The translations under genes were made by a program, and so were the position numbers. A stretch of DNA of 64,000 nt from assembly GCA_025999215.1 (NCBI GenBank), contig AP024679.1, forward strand, positions 505,924-569,923. Reading direction: 5' to 3'. This DNA is from Candidatus Dojkabacteria bacterium (lineage in GTDB: Bacteria > Patescibacteriota > Dojkabacteria > J137). The notes beneath the pieces are model-generated. The model searched no databases. It saw only the letters and a list, made by a program, of their open reading frames with translations, and was not told where the DNA came from. Positions 1 to 10,027 of this stretch are shown piece by piece; positions within the stretch are counted from its first letter, which is position 1; every line of letters starts with the position of its first letter.

Positions 1-2
1 TA

Positions 3-335
3 GAAGCAATTCAAAAAGATAATTCCCGAGAACTTATGGATACTTACGAAATTTTAGAAGTTCAGGAAGTTGTTAATCAGTTGTATCAAATTTTTGCGAT
101 GGAACAAATTTTTCCATTCAAAATTATTGAGCAACAAACTAAAGATAAACGACTTGATCCTGTAAGTGTTGCCAAGTTAATTAAAATTCAAAGCTGTTCT
201 AAACAAAATGATAAGAGTAAAAAAATAGCTTTAAAGAAAGAAAGCACAATTTTTGAAGAAGTTGAAAATGCAATGAGAGAATTACTACAAAATTTCAATG
301 ATCTTGAAACCAAGATCTCAAAACTTTCAATTTAA
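3..335 (+). CDS. Hypothetical protein, 5'-truncated by the window edge
   Basis: Frame is open from position 3 (EAIQKDNSRELMDTY...) to the stop at 335; no recognisable motif. Confidence 0.6.
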   Translation, partial: EAIQKDNSRELMDTYEILEVQEVVNQLYQIFAMEQIFPFKIIEQQTKDKRLDPVSVAKLIKIQSCSKQNDKSKKIALKKESTIFEEVENAMRELLQNFNDLETKISKLSI

Positions 336-1484
336 TGCCGAATATACCATGCTTGAGATTTCTTTAATGTTATATTTCCCAGTTGTCCAATCAATATTTT
401 CGTCGATTATTGCTATGGCATAGTCTGTTTTTTCTCCAAAGACTATTGCAACATCATTAAAATTAATTAAATCATATGTCCAGTGATAGCCAAGTTTATT
501 TACAAAATCTACATTTGGTGGAACCCCAAGACCTACCCCTTCTCTATTAAATTGAGTAGCATTTCTCATTAAATCAAAAAAATAACTTTTGGATTCTTCA
601 TTCAAAGTTTTATTATAGTAAACATCGGACATAACTTTGACAAAATTACTTGCAGTTGATTGATATGGATCCAAAAATAATGGGTTAACTCCAAGTTCTT
701 CTATGGTTCGAGGGTTTACACCTTCGTATGAATCGCCAAGCATGTGAACTAAGTGATACCAAGCTGTATTGCTACTTAACATAATCAACTCTTCTAAATA
801 TTTTCTGATGGTAACTGGAGTGCCTTCAGGCAAACTTCCAATGGCGTCAAAGTTAGAATGTTTATATTTTGCTTGTACTGGATAAGTTGTGTCTAGAGTA
901 TATTTGCCTGCTTCAATATCTCTAAGTACAAGAATTGCGACCGTAATTTTGGCAGAGCTCGCAGGAGGAAATATTTGAGTTTCGTTAAGTCCCAAACTTT
1001 CATGTCGCTTGAGGTCATAAATCATAATTCCGTATTGATTTTGCTGGTCTCCCAAAAAATTTCTAATATCGTTCTCAAGTTTTGTCCAATCTACTGGTGG
1101 AAGAGTTGTTTTGATTTCTAAAACTAGTTTTTGGTTTGAATTTTGCAATGGAATATCAATAAACTTTGATCCATAATTTTCTTTTATTCCATTGATTTCA
1201 ATTTGATCTTGCTTGATTTTTATAAAATCAGAATATTGATTTGTATACGTAGAACTTATTTTAATGTTATCTAATACTAAATTGTGAGTTTCGCCAACTT
1301 TTACTTCAATGTTTTTAATAATGGGTTGTTCAGAGGGAGAGAAAGTATATTTTGATTTTTCAAAACTATATTCCCATACAGATTCTTCTGATTTTGAATT
1401 TGTTGGTAATAAAAAATTGTTTACATAAAAATACCCACCTGCTCCTAATATTGCACCCAAAAGTAAACTTAATATAACTTTCAT
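327..1484 (-). CDS. Membrane-anchored class A beta-lactamase-like serine hydrolase (Beta-lactamase2/PBP-A type)
   Basis: N-terminal TM helix; SxxK (PASSAK), SxN (SSN) and KTG-like (KLG) motifs. Confidence 0.8.
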   Translation of the reverse strand: MKVILSLLLGAILGAGGYFYVNNFLLPTNSKSEESVWEYSFEKSKYTFSPSEQPIIKNIEVKVGETHNLVLDNIKISSTYTNQYSDFIKIKQDQIEINGIKENYGSKFIDIPLQNSNQKLVLEIKTTLPPVDWTKLENDIRNFLGDQQNQYGIMIYDLKRHESLGLNETQIFPPASSAKITVAILVLRDIEAGKYTLDTTYPVQAKYKHSNFDAIGSLPEGTPVTIRKYLEELIMLSSNTAWYHLVHMLGDSYEGVNPRTIEELGVNPLFLDPYQSTASNFVKVMSDVYYNKTLNEESKSYFFDLMRNATQFNREGVGLGVPPNVDFVNKLGYHWTYDLINFNDVAIVFGEKTDYAIAIIDENIDWTTGKYNIKEISSMVYSALN

Positions 1485-1488
1485 ATTT

Positions 1489-2157
1489 TTAGAGTATCAT
1501 AAACTTATTTTTTTTCAAATCGTTGAGAACCGAGAAAGCTCTCTCAATTTCATCATCTTTAATTATGAATGTTAACTCTTCAAAAGTTGATACTATTTCA
1601 ATTATATTAATTCCACGCCAAGCAAGTTGATTAAGGGCGTGAGATATTATTCCAGGTTGATCTAGGTGACCGTTTTGAAGTTTAATTGTAATAGCCGTAA
1701 GGTTTTCAATATGATTTTCTAACGATTCATTAGAAAGTGCTTTTTCAATTTTACTTTCTAAACTATTACTTCCAATTATTGTTGTTTGCCAGCTTCCTCG
1801 TATAAAATTAAAAAAATCTTTTGGGTTAATCGATGCTTGAAGATTTAGTAACTTTTTATGCAATGTGTTTGAATTACTATAGGTCATTTCAAATAAATTG
1901 TTTCTTACTGATATCTCACCATAATATTTTGAAAAATCTTTATCATAAATTTTATCTTGTTGTTTTTGTCTTGATGCGTAACGTTTTAGCGCCATAACAA
2001 CTGATGCGTTTGAAACTTTTTTAAGTGAAATTTGCTCTATATCAGGCTTAATTTTTCTTGCTAGTGATGAAAGGTTTATTAAATCATTTTGGATTGCTTT
2101 TTTGAGAAATGGTGATGAATCAACAATTTCAGTTACAATTTTTGATATTGGAATCAT
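1489..2157 (-). CDS. ACT-domain protein (aspartokinase-regulatory-like, no kinase domain)
   Basis: N-terminal PFLxxAxxxDLINxSSLAR motif; C-terminal ACT-like segment (PGII...GINIIEIVSTFEELTFII). Confidence 0.7.
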   Translation of the reverse strand: MIPISKIVTEIVDSSPFLKKAIQNDLINLSSLARKIKPDIEQISLKKVSNASVVMALKRYASRQKQQDKIYDKDFSKYYGEISVRNNLFEMTYSNSNTLHKKLLNLQASINPKDFFNFIRGSWQTTIIGSNSLESKIEKALSNESLENHIENLTAITIKLQNGHLDQPGIISHALNQLAWRGINIIEIVSTFEELTFIIKDDEIERAFSVLNDLKKNKFMIL

Positions 2158-2259
2158 GTTAAATTTTTAACAAATATTTTCTTAATAATAACAAAATTTT
2201 AATTTTTTTTGTATATTTAAAATTTTGTTGTATGATTTTCACAATCTTAATTTAACTTT

Positions 2260-3044
2260 ATGGAAAGTTTAAATAAAAATTCTGTAAATAATCCTTTGGA
2301 ATTAGGAGAACTGCAAAGGCTTAGAGAGGAATTTGAAAGTGAGTTTAAAAACATAGTTCAAAACTTATTTGAATATTTGCAAAATCAAAATATCAACACA
2401 ATTATACTTGAAGGTCCTCCATGGTACTTAATTCCAAAACATGTTTTAATCATGAATCGGACCGAAGGTTTTTTTTAGGATATGTTTTGATGAATATGAT
2501 TTATTTGACTGCGCGTAAAAATAACATAGAGGTAATTATCTACCACATGGTAGATGATGTTAATAACAGGGATACCGATAGCAAAACAATAGAAGAAGCT
2601 ATAAAGCGAAATTATACTGCTTTAACCATGATATCTGAACTTGAAGTAATGAAAGCAATTGAAGATCAGAAGTTTTTTTTGGAAAGTCAATTTGTTCAAA
2701 ATTCAACAGATCAATGTTCAGTACTTGATTCAAGGTTTCAATCTAGGAAGTTTATTGATTTTTTTCAAAATTCTTCTGATGTTGCAAGTCATTCTTTTGC
2801 GGTAATTGTCATTCATCCTGATACATTTACACATCAACAAAAGTCAATGTTAGAAATATTACCTAAAACTTTAGTAAATCAATTGCAAAGTACCAACATT
2901 AATACATCAAAAAAGCAGGTTAGAACACAAATTAGTAAAGTATATCTACATTTGTGGATAGATGAGAATTGGTGTGTTTGCGTCACAAGCCCTAGCTATG
3001 CCCCTAATGGTCAAATTTGTTTTAACGATATTAACGAACAATAA
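2260..3044 (+). CDS. Hypothetical protein, split by one frameshift (ORFs 2260..2478 and 2421..3044)
   Basis: Two overlapping ORFs join near 2420 (IILEGP.. to MVLNSK); contains YHMVDD and CSVLDSRFQ segments. Confidence 0.55.
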
Positions 3045-3048
3045 ATTT

Positions 3049-3921
3049 ATGAAAATTTATGATTGTAACGGTAACATTATTGGCATCTATACCGATGATA
3101 TAGAAAATATGCCTAAAGATAAGCTGAAGAAGTTAGTTCAATTTTTTAGAGCAAAAAATATAGATACAGTAATGTTTGTAAAAAACATTGATATACAAAA
3201 CAATGTTGTTACAACTAAAATTTTTGAACCGAATGCCGGAGAACTAGGTGGATGGTCAACAATGTGTGGTAATGGAGTTAGAGCTCTTACAAGCTATTAC
3301 AGAGATTTTGTAAAGAATGTTGATGAAATTATTATTAATACTGATGCTGGATTTTTAAAAGTTATTGTAAAAGATGGAAAGTTCAAAGTAAAAATGGGCA
3401 GACTTTATGTTGGAATTAATAAATGTACAAAATATTTGAGTTTTAAATTAAAAAATTGGGATTTTATAGAAAATCTGCTAAAAATTGAAAAAATTAGATT
3501 TACAAATATTGAAATTGGATTTACTAGTACAAATGAAAAAGATCCTGATGGGGAACCACATTTGTGTGTAGAGATTCCAAGTGTAAACTTAGTTACTCTG
3601 AAACAAATTGCGTTACAAGTTGGGCAAAAAATTACTAATAACTTTGAAATATTTCCTCTGGGAGTAAATGTAAATTTTTACAGTAGTTCAAAAAATGTAG
3701 TTTTGTTAGTAACACACGAAAGAAATTTAGGTTTTGATCCAAACAAATGTATAACTCAGTCATGCGGTACTGGATCAACTGTTGTAGGTGGGCTTGTTAT
3801 GTACAAAAATAACTTTCCTAAAATAATTGTAAGGTCGCAAGGTGGTGATTTGGTTATAAGTCGTGAACAAGAAGATGAGCTTTACATGGCAGGTGATGCC
3901 AAGTTAATAGACAGTTTATAA
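3049..3921 (+). CDS. dapF: Diaminopimelate epimerase-like PLP-independent epimerase
   Basis: MCGNG, GEPH, VNVNF, HERNLG and TQSCGTG motifs with both catalytic Cys; likely start MKIYDCNGN at 3049, just after the upstream stop. Confidence 0.75.
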   Translation: MKIYDCNGNIIGIYTDDIENMPKDKLKKLVQFFRAKNIDTVMFVKNIDIQNNVVTTKIFEPNAGELGGWSTMCGNGVRALTSYYRDFVKNVDEIIINTDAGFLKVIVKDGKFKVKMGRLYVGINKCTKYLSFKLKNWDFIENLLKIEKIRFTNIEIGFTSTNEKDPDGEPHLCVEIPSVNLVTLKQIALQVGQKITNNFEIFPLGVNVNFYSSSKNVVLLVTHERNLGFDPNKCITQSCGTGSTVVGGLVMYKNNFPKIIVRSQGGDLVISREQEDELYMAGDAKLIDSL

Positions 3922-4260
3922 AAAACTTTTTTAGAAAATATAAATGTAAAATGTTAATTTAGGGTTGTTTTTTATTTTCAAATTTTACGATATTTTCTTT
4001 TACAGATCTTTAGAAAAAATGTAATCATTTCTCAGAATTATTTATAAATATAATAATTGTTGTGGAATTCATTAATATCAGTGTAAAAAATTACACGAGG
4101 AAACGTTGTTTTTAATAATATTTTCTTCAAATTTTTAGAGAAGCTATTACTTTCAATTTCATTCAAATCAATCTCACTTAACTCTTGATTAACTTTGTAG
4201 CTAATCCAATCTTCATTTTTTTGAGATTTTTTATGCATTTCATTTTGATGTTGCCATTTC

Positions 4261-4352
4261 TGGCGGAGAGGAAGGGATTCGAACCCTCGCTACGGTAAAA
4301 CCGTACTACGGGTTTAGCAAACCCGCCCCTTCGACCACTTGGGTACCTCTCC
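4261..4352 (-). tRNA. tRNA-Ser(GCT)
   Basis: Minus strand GGAGAGG...GGTTCGAATCCC...CCGCCA; anticodon arm CGGGT-TTGCTAA-ACCCG; long variable arm; encoded CCA. Confidence 0.95.
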
Positions 4353-4379
4353 ACACCTAAATTATACTATTTTCACAAA

Positions 4380-4409
4380 CAAAAACAAGGGATTGCTCCC
4401 TTGTTTTTG
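4380..4409 (-). terminator. Rho-independent terminator after 4433..5050
   Basis: Perfect inverted repeat CAAAAACAAGGGA-TTGC-TCCCTTGTTTTTG; GCAA loop and T-tract on the minus strand. Confidence 0.8.
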
Positions 4410-4432
4410 CGTATTTAGTTTATTGGTTTAGT

Positions 4433-5050
4433 TTATTCTACAAATTCAAATGTTTTAACAATATTTGCTGCTGTATCAAAACTATCACCTTCTTCACTTG
4501 CTGTGATAAATGCAAGTTTGTCTTTGCTGCTATTAACTAAGAAGTATAAAGCTCCAGATATTTTCTTGGAGTCTTGTTCACCATCAAGTGTAACAGCGCA
4601 ACCTTTAATTCCGTTTATTTCTACACTAGTTATGTTAGTATTAGAAATATCACTTGAACCACCAACTATTTGGTCAACAAATGAATTTAAAGAATCACAT
4701 TTTCCTTCTGAAATATCATTTACGTTAAAACCATCATCTTGAACATCTGATACATTGTTAAAGCTAAACTGAACTGAGTTTAGATCTTCATTTGAGGGAT
4801 CATAAACTCTCAAGAAATCTTCGTTAAACATCCAGTTTTGTGGATATTTGAATTTAAAATCATCACCAGCATATTCTTGATAATTTTCTGTTCCTTTAGC
4901 TTCACCACTTATATCTGATGAATCATCACCTAGAACAAAAAAGTATACTGCTCCAGCAACTGCTGCTAGTACACAACAGCATAGTAACAAAACTCCGACT
5001 AGAGCAACGAGAGTTTTGGTGTTTTTTTTAGGAGATTTGTTCTCTTCCAT
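4433..5050 (-). CDS. Membrane-anchored acidic protein with PsbP-like extracellular domain
   Basis: TM helix containing LLCCC, then FKFKYPQNW and beta-rich region typical of the PsbP-like fold. Confidence 0.55.
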   Translation of the reverse strand: MEENKSPKKNTKTLVALVGVLLLCCCVLAAVAGAVYFFVLGDDSSDISGEAKGTENYQEYAGDDFKFKYPQNWMFNEDFLRVYDPSNEDLNSVQFSFNNVSDVQDDGFNVNDISEGKCDSLNSFVDQIVGGSSDISNTNITSVEINGIKGCAVTLDGEQDSKKISGALYFLVNSSKDKLAFITASEEGDSFDTAANIVKTFEFVE

Positions 5051-5125
5051 AAAAATATAAAATAAAAATTAAAATTAAAATATATATGTCATTCTACACA
5101 ACATTTTACAATAACACAATCTTTT

Positions 5126-6583
5126 TTATAAATTTCTTAACGCTCTTCTAATTCTTCTTTTAGTCTCAGGTGAAACACAGTTTTTAAGCCAATCCCTCGT
5201 TACATTCAAGTTTTTTGTTATTTTGATTTCAACCACATCTCCTGTGTTAAGTTTATAATCCATAGGTACCATTTTCCCATTAACTAAAGCTCCTCTATAA
5301 CACAAACCAATATTGGTATGAATTCTGAAAGCGAAGTCAAGAGGGGTTGCGCCTTGAGGTAATTTTATAACCAACCCTTTGGGAGTAAATACAAAAATGC
5401 TTTCTTTAAAAACTTTAATTTTAAAGTCTTCTTTAGAAACATTATCCTTTTCTTTCCAGCTTGCCAAATCTTTGGTCCATGTAAACTCTTCCCCTTTGCT
5501 TTTTTTAAGTTTATACGCAATGTGAGATGCGGGTCCATATTCATTAAATTCGTGCATTTCTTGTGTTCTAATTTGAATTTCAATTAGTGTTTCATTGTAT
5601 TCTAAAACTGTGTGAATCGATTTATAGCCGTTTTCTTTAGGGTTTGATATATAATCTCGAAAGTCTTCTTTTGAATAAGGAAATTTAGAATGTAATACTC
5701 CAAGTGCGATATAGCACTGCTCTACTGTACTTAAAATAATTCTGAAAGCAAAAACATCCTTCAACTCTGTAAATTTATAATCAAACAGAGATTTTCCTTG
5801 TAAATATTTGCTTTTTATTTTTCTATAAATACTGTAAATTCCTTTTTCTCTACCATAAAATGCTATAGGATTAATTTGGTATTGTTCTAACAAACTCATC
5901 ATGTCTTTTTCAAAATTTTCTATGGAAAATTCTTGTGATTTGTATAAGTTGTCTACACTTTTTTCTATAAAATCGTAATAATCAGGTTTTGTTATTTTGA
6001 AAGCAGAATCTTCTAGATTTCTCTGCAAGAAACCAAGTCCTAGATACTGCGCAATAGGTGCATAGATGTTTAAGATTTTTTCTGCTGCTATTTGCTGTGT
6101 TTCTGCTGGCAAAGAATTAATCGTCATTATATTGTGAAGCTTTTCGCATAATCGAATAATAATTATTCTTAAATCTTCTGAGGTGTTGAAGATGAAGTTT
6201 TTAAATTCTTCATTATCGTTTTCTTTAGAATATTTTTTTGAAATTTTTCTGATGTCGGTTAACCCTGAAACTATGTATGCTACTTCTGTGCCAAAAAGTT
6301 CATCGATTTGATCTAGTGTCGCTGTTCCTTTATCTATTGAATCGTGTAATAAGGCTGATATGATTGAAGTTTGATCAAGATGTATTTGTGCTACAAAACT
6401 TGCTACAGTTAATAAGTGTGTTTCTATACTATCTCCTGAAAGCCTTTTTTGATTTTGGTGGATTTTTTTTGCAAAGTCGTAAGCTTTTGTGATTATAGCC
6501 TTATCATAAACTACCTCATTTTGATCAAGCACTTTAAATAGTTCTTCAAGGGTGTTGATCTGTTTTGTATCAAGCTGAGTCAT
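5126..6583 (-). CDS. relA: RelA/SpoT homologue (HD, synthetase and TGS domains; lacks C-terminal ZFD/ACT)
   Basis: HQNQKRLSG, LLHD, DYISNPKENGYKSIHT, EIQIRT, FVFTPKG and DFAFRIHT motifs. Confidence 0.9.
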   Translation of the reverse strand: MTQLDTKQINTLEELFKVLDQNEVVYDKAIITKAYDFAKKIHQNQKRLSGDSIETHLLTVASFVAQIHLDQTSIISALLHDSIDKGTATLDQIDELFGTEVAYIVSGLTDIRKISKKYSKENDNEEFKNFIFNTSEDLRIIIIRLCEKLHNIMTINSLPAETQQIAAEKILNIYAPIAQYLGLGFLQRNLEDSAFKITKPDYYDFIEKSVDNLYKSQEFSIENFEKDMMSLLEQYQINPIAFYGREKGIYSIYRKIKSKYLQGKSLFDYKFTELKDVFAFRIILSTVEQCYIALGVLHSKFPYSKEDFRDYISNPKENGYKSIHTVLEYNETLIEIQIRTQEMHEFNEYGPASHIAYKLKKSKGEEFTWTKDLASWKEKDNVSKEDFKIKVFKESIFVFTPKGLVIKLPQGATPLDFAFRIHTNIGLCYRGALVNGKMVPMDYKLNTGDVVEIKITKNLNVTRDWLKNCVSPETKRRIRRALRNL

Positions 6584-6613
6584 AGTGTATAATTATCTCA
6601 TTAATTACATATT

Positions 6614-7057
6614 TTGCAAATGGTTGAGACCGTAAGAATAATCGTAATTTGGGATGGTAAAGTTTTGTTATTAAAGAAAGCTAAAAATTCAAACAATCCT
6701 GATATGTTAGAACTCCCTGGAGGTAAAATAGAAGATCAACCTTTGCAATCTGCAATTAGAGAATTAGAAGAAGAAACTTCAATTAGTTTGAGTGAAGATA
6801 GTTTAAATAAGCTAAGTTATGAGAAAGTTTATACTTTTGATTATCACGGAGTAAAAACTACTAGAATAGTTTATTACTACTATGCTTTTTTAAATGAAAA
6901 GCCAAGTGTAAGTATTAATGGCACAACAGATATTGATGGTAAGCCTGAAGATAAACATCAAAGTTATGAGTGGGTTGATATATCTGAATTACAATACTTA
7001 CAAACTTTAGCTGAGAATTCAAAAATTGATATCTATTTATTACGAAATTTATCATGA
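6614..7057 (+). CDS. NUDIX hydrolase
   Basis: Nudix box PGGKIE...SAIRELEEET. Confidence 0.85.
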   Translation: MQMVETVRIIVIWDGKVLLLKKAKNSNNPDMLELPGGKIEDQPLQSAIRELEEETSISLSEDSLNKLSYEKVYTFDYHGVKTTRIVYYYYAFLNEKPSVSINGTTDIDGKPEDKHQSYEWVDISELQYLQTLAENSKIDIYLLRNLS

Positions 7058-7851
7058 GTATCAAAATAATATCGTGGAATGTGAATGGGTTACGATCTGT
7101 GATTAATAAAAAAGTTTTTTATGAATTTGTTGAAAAAGAAAACCCAGATGTTTTGTGTTTGCAAGAAATTAAGGCAAACAGTCAACAGTTAGAAATTAAT
7201 TTGAAAGGTTATCAACAATTCTGGAATCCTGCTAAAAGGAAAGGTTATTCTGGGACAGCAATATTTTCAAAAGTTTCACCGGTGAATGTTTTTAATAATT
7301 TTGTAGAAGATTTTGATTATCCAGCTAATCTAGAAGATGAGTTTGGAAATGTTTTAGAAGAGGGTCGTTTGATTACATTTGAGTTAGAAGACTTTTGGTT
7401 GTTAAATGTTTATACTCCCAATTCAAAGCCCGATTTACAAAGATTGAAATTTAGACATGAGGTTTGGGACCCTTTATTTTTGAAATACTTAAAATTTTTG
7501 GAAGCTAGTAAGCCAGTTGTAGTTTGTGGAGATTTTAATGTTGCTCATAAAGAAATTGATCTTGCGAGGCCTGATAGCAATCACAAAAGTGCAGGTTTCA
7601 CCGATGAAGAAAGAGAAGGTTTTGATAAATTTATTAAGAATAATTTTGTAGATACTTTTAGAATTTTTAATAAGGAAGGTGGAAATTACACTTGGTGGAG
7701 TAATTTTGCAAAATCACGAGAAAGGAATGTGGGATGGCGAATTGATTATGTTTTGGTTTCAAATTCTCTAAAATCAAGAGTTAAGGAAGCTTTTATTCTT
7801 CCTGAGGTGTATGGTTCTGATCATTGCCCTGTAGGAGTAATTATTGATTAG
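7054..7851 (+). CDS. xth: Exodeoxyribonuclease III
   Basis: SWNVNG, LQEIK, GDFNVAH, GWRIDY and GSDHCP motifs. Confidence 0.95.
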   Translation: MSIKIISWNVNGLRSVINKKVFYEFVEKENPDVLCLQEIKANSQQLEINLKGYQQFWNPAKRKGYSGTAIFSKVSPVNVFNNFVEDFDYPANLEDEFGNVLEEGRLITFELEDFWLLNVYTPNSKPDLQRLKFRHEVWDPLFLKYLKFLEASKPVVVCGDFNVAHKEIDLARPDSNHKSAGFTDEEREGFDKFIKNNFVDTFRIFNKEGGNYTWWSNFAKSRERNVGWRIDYVLVSNSLKSRVKEAFILPEVYGSDHCPVGVIID

Positions 7852-7860
7852 TTTTACAAA

Positions 7861-8778
7861 ATGATACCAGTAAATGTTTTTAGCGGTGAATTAGGAGCAG
7901 GAAAAACAACTATCATTTTAAAACTGATAGAGCAAATCCCTTACACCAAAACAGTTTGGTTAAAAAATGAATTTGGCGATGTAAATATTGATTCTGAAAT
8001 TGCAAAATCAAAGCATATTCTTACTAAAGAAGTGATTAATGGATGCTTATGTTGTGTATTGATTGGAAAATTGGGGGATGCTTTGTTAGAGATTAAAAAA
8101 GAATTTAATCCTGAGAGAATCGTAATTGAAACTGCTGGAACAGCTCATCCTTATCCTATCATTAAAAAAATTTCTGAATTAGATTTTTGTTTTTTGGATT
8201 CAAATATTAAAGTTGTTGATGCTAAAAATTTTAAGCGAGTAAAGGATGTTTTTTTAGCGAAAAAGCAAGCAAACTTTTTTGATTTGATTGTGGTAAATAA
8301 AGCAAATTTAGTTGAAAAATCTCAACTTGAAAAAGTAATTGAAGACTTAAATGAAGTATATTATAAAGTTCCAAAAATTATTTCAAATGATGGTTTTGTT
8401 CCAAAAGATTTAGTAATAGATATAAATATTTCTAGTAGTAAGAAGTTAAATCTTGAGAGCATGGATGTTAGCGATTTTCATAATGATATAGAGACATTTT
8501 CATTTGTTTTTGAACACGAAACTTTTAATCAAAAAGCTTTAGAAAATTTTTTAATTCAACTTAATAAGACAAAATTTTTTAGAATTAAAGGAATTTTAAA
8601 TTTTGGGCATTCCTTTAAAATAGTTAATTTTGCTTATGGGGATTTTAAAATTCAAAACATTAAAAATTACGAAGGTAAGTCAAAAATCATTTTTATGGGA
8701 GATAAAATCCTTGATCAAAAAAATAAAATTTATAATTTTTTAAAAGAATGTACTAATGAAAAAAAGAAGTTCGCATAA
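7861..8778 (+). CDS. CobW/COG0523 G3E metal-chaperone GTPase
   Basis: GELGAGKTT, NEFG, GCLCC, IETAG and NKA motifs; CobW_C RIKG. Confidence 0.9.
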   Translation: MIPVNVFSGELGAGKTTIILKLIEQIPYTKTVWLKNEFGDVNIDSEIAKSKHILTKEVINGCLCCVLIGKLGDALLEIKKEFNPERIVIETAGTAHPYPIIKKISELDFCFLDSNIKVVDAKNFKRVKDVFLAKKQANFFDLIVVNKANLVEKSQLEKVIEDLNEVYYKVPKIISNDGFVPKDLVIDINISSSKKLNLESMDVSDFHNDIETFSFVFEHETFNQKALENFLIQLNKTKFFRIKGILNFGHSFKIVNFAYGDFKIQNIKNYEGKSKIIFMGDKILDQKNKIYNFLKECTNEKKKFA

Positions 8779-9295
8779 TTTAATTTGGATTGATTTAGAA
8801 TTGACTGGACTGGATATAAAAAAAGATAAAATTTTGGAAATTGCATGCGTGGTTACTGATAGAGATTTGAATTATCTGACTGAAGTTGTCAATTACGTTA
8901 TTCACTATCCAAAATCTATTTTGAAACAAATGGATCCATGGAGTTTAGAGGTTCATACTAAGTCTGGTTTGATTGATGAAGTTTTAAATTCAAAAACTAC
9001 GCTTTTGAACGCTCAAAAGCAAATTTTAGAAATAATTATTCCTTTCACTAAACCTGGTCAAAATCTTCTTGCAGGTTCCAGTGTTCACTTTGATAAAATG
9101 TTCTTGGCAAAATTTATGCCTGAGCTTGATAACTATTTGAAATGGCAAATTATTGATGTTGCCACTGTTCGGAATTTAGCTTACAGATGGTATAAAATTA
9201 AACCTTTTCCTAAGAAAGACTCTCATCGAGCTAAAACAGATATTATTGAGAGTATACAAGAATTGAAATACCTTAAAGAACTTATTTTCAAATAG
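8756..9295 (+). CDS. orn: Oligoribonuclease
   Basis: LIWIDLELTGL, HTKSGL, GSSVHFD and HRAxxDIxESIxEL motifs. Confidence 0.9.
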   Translation: MKKRSSHNLIWIDLELTGLDIKKDKILEIACVVTDRDLNYLTEVVNYVIHYPKSILKQMDPWSLEVHTKSGLIDEVLNSKTTLLNAQKQILEIIIPFTKPGQNLLAGSSVHFDKMFLAKFMPELDNYLKWQIIDVATVRNLAYRWYKIKPFPKKDSHRAKTDIIESIQELKYLKELIFK

Positions 9296-9301
9296 AAATT
9301 T

Positions 9302-10027
9302 ATGAGAAAGTGGACAGTTTGGGAAATAAATTTTTTATTAGAATTTGGGTTTGATCCTTTTGAATTAGCCCAATCTGTTGATGAAAATATTCCTGTTGAA
9401 TATATTGTAGGTAAAGCTAAGTTTTATGATTATGTTTTTAATGTTTCAACTGACACTTTAATTCCAAGAGTTGAAACAGAAGAAATAATACCTAACACTA
9501 TAGGGTATACAACCCGTAGAAATCTCAAAAAGTTAAATTTTATAGATATTGGTTGTGGTTGTGGGAATATAGGTATAGCGCTTGCTCTTGAATTGCAAAA
9601 ATTGAATATTGAATTTAGTGGAACCCTGATAGATATGTCTCCAAAGGCTTTAAAAGTTGCTAAAAATAATTTAAAAAAATTTAATTTAAAGCTAGATTTA
9701 AAAAGACAAGATTTAAAAAAATTAAAAATTAAAAGTGATGTTGATATTGTAATTGCAAATTTGCCATATATTCCGACTAGTAGAATATCTACTCTGCCAC
9801 CTTCTGTCAAAAATTTTGAGCCAATAACAGCTTTGGATGGAGGAGATGATGGGTTGGAATTAGTAAAAATTTTGATCCGCAAAATTATAAACCATGGAAA
9901 TATTAGTTTTGCAATGTTAGAGGTGGATGATTCTCATGACAAAATTCCTGATGAGTTTATGGATAATTTTAAAACTTTAAGAGATGCAAATGGAAAAGTT
10001 AGGTTTTGGTTAATGGAAAAAGGTTAA
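9302..10027 (+). CDS. prmC: Release factor glutamine methyltransferase (HemK family)
   Basis: PVEYIVG, LIPRVETE, DIGCGCG, ANLPY and EPxxALDGG motifs. Confidence 0.9.
   Translation: MRKWTVWEINFLLEFGFDPFELAQSVDENIPVEYIVGKAKFYDYVFNVSTDTLIPRVETEEIIPNTIGYTTRRNLKKLNFIDIGCGCGNIGIALALELQKLNIEFSGTLIDMSPKALKVAKNNLKKFNLKLDLKRQDLKKLKIKSDVDIVIANLPYIPTSRISTLPPSVKNFEPITALDGGDDGLELVKILIRKIINHGNISFAMLEVDDSHDKIPDEFMDNFKTLRDANGKVRFWLMEKG

Noticed and set aside
4038-4238. 66-aa ORF downstream of tRNA-Ser
   Set aside because: Short, AT-rich and motif-free; could be a remnant but is unsupported.
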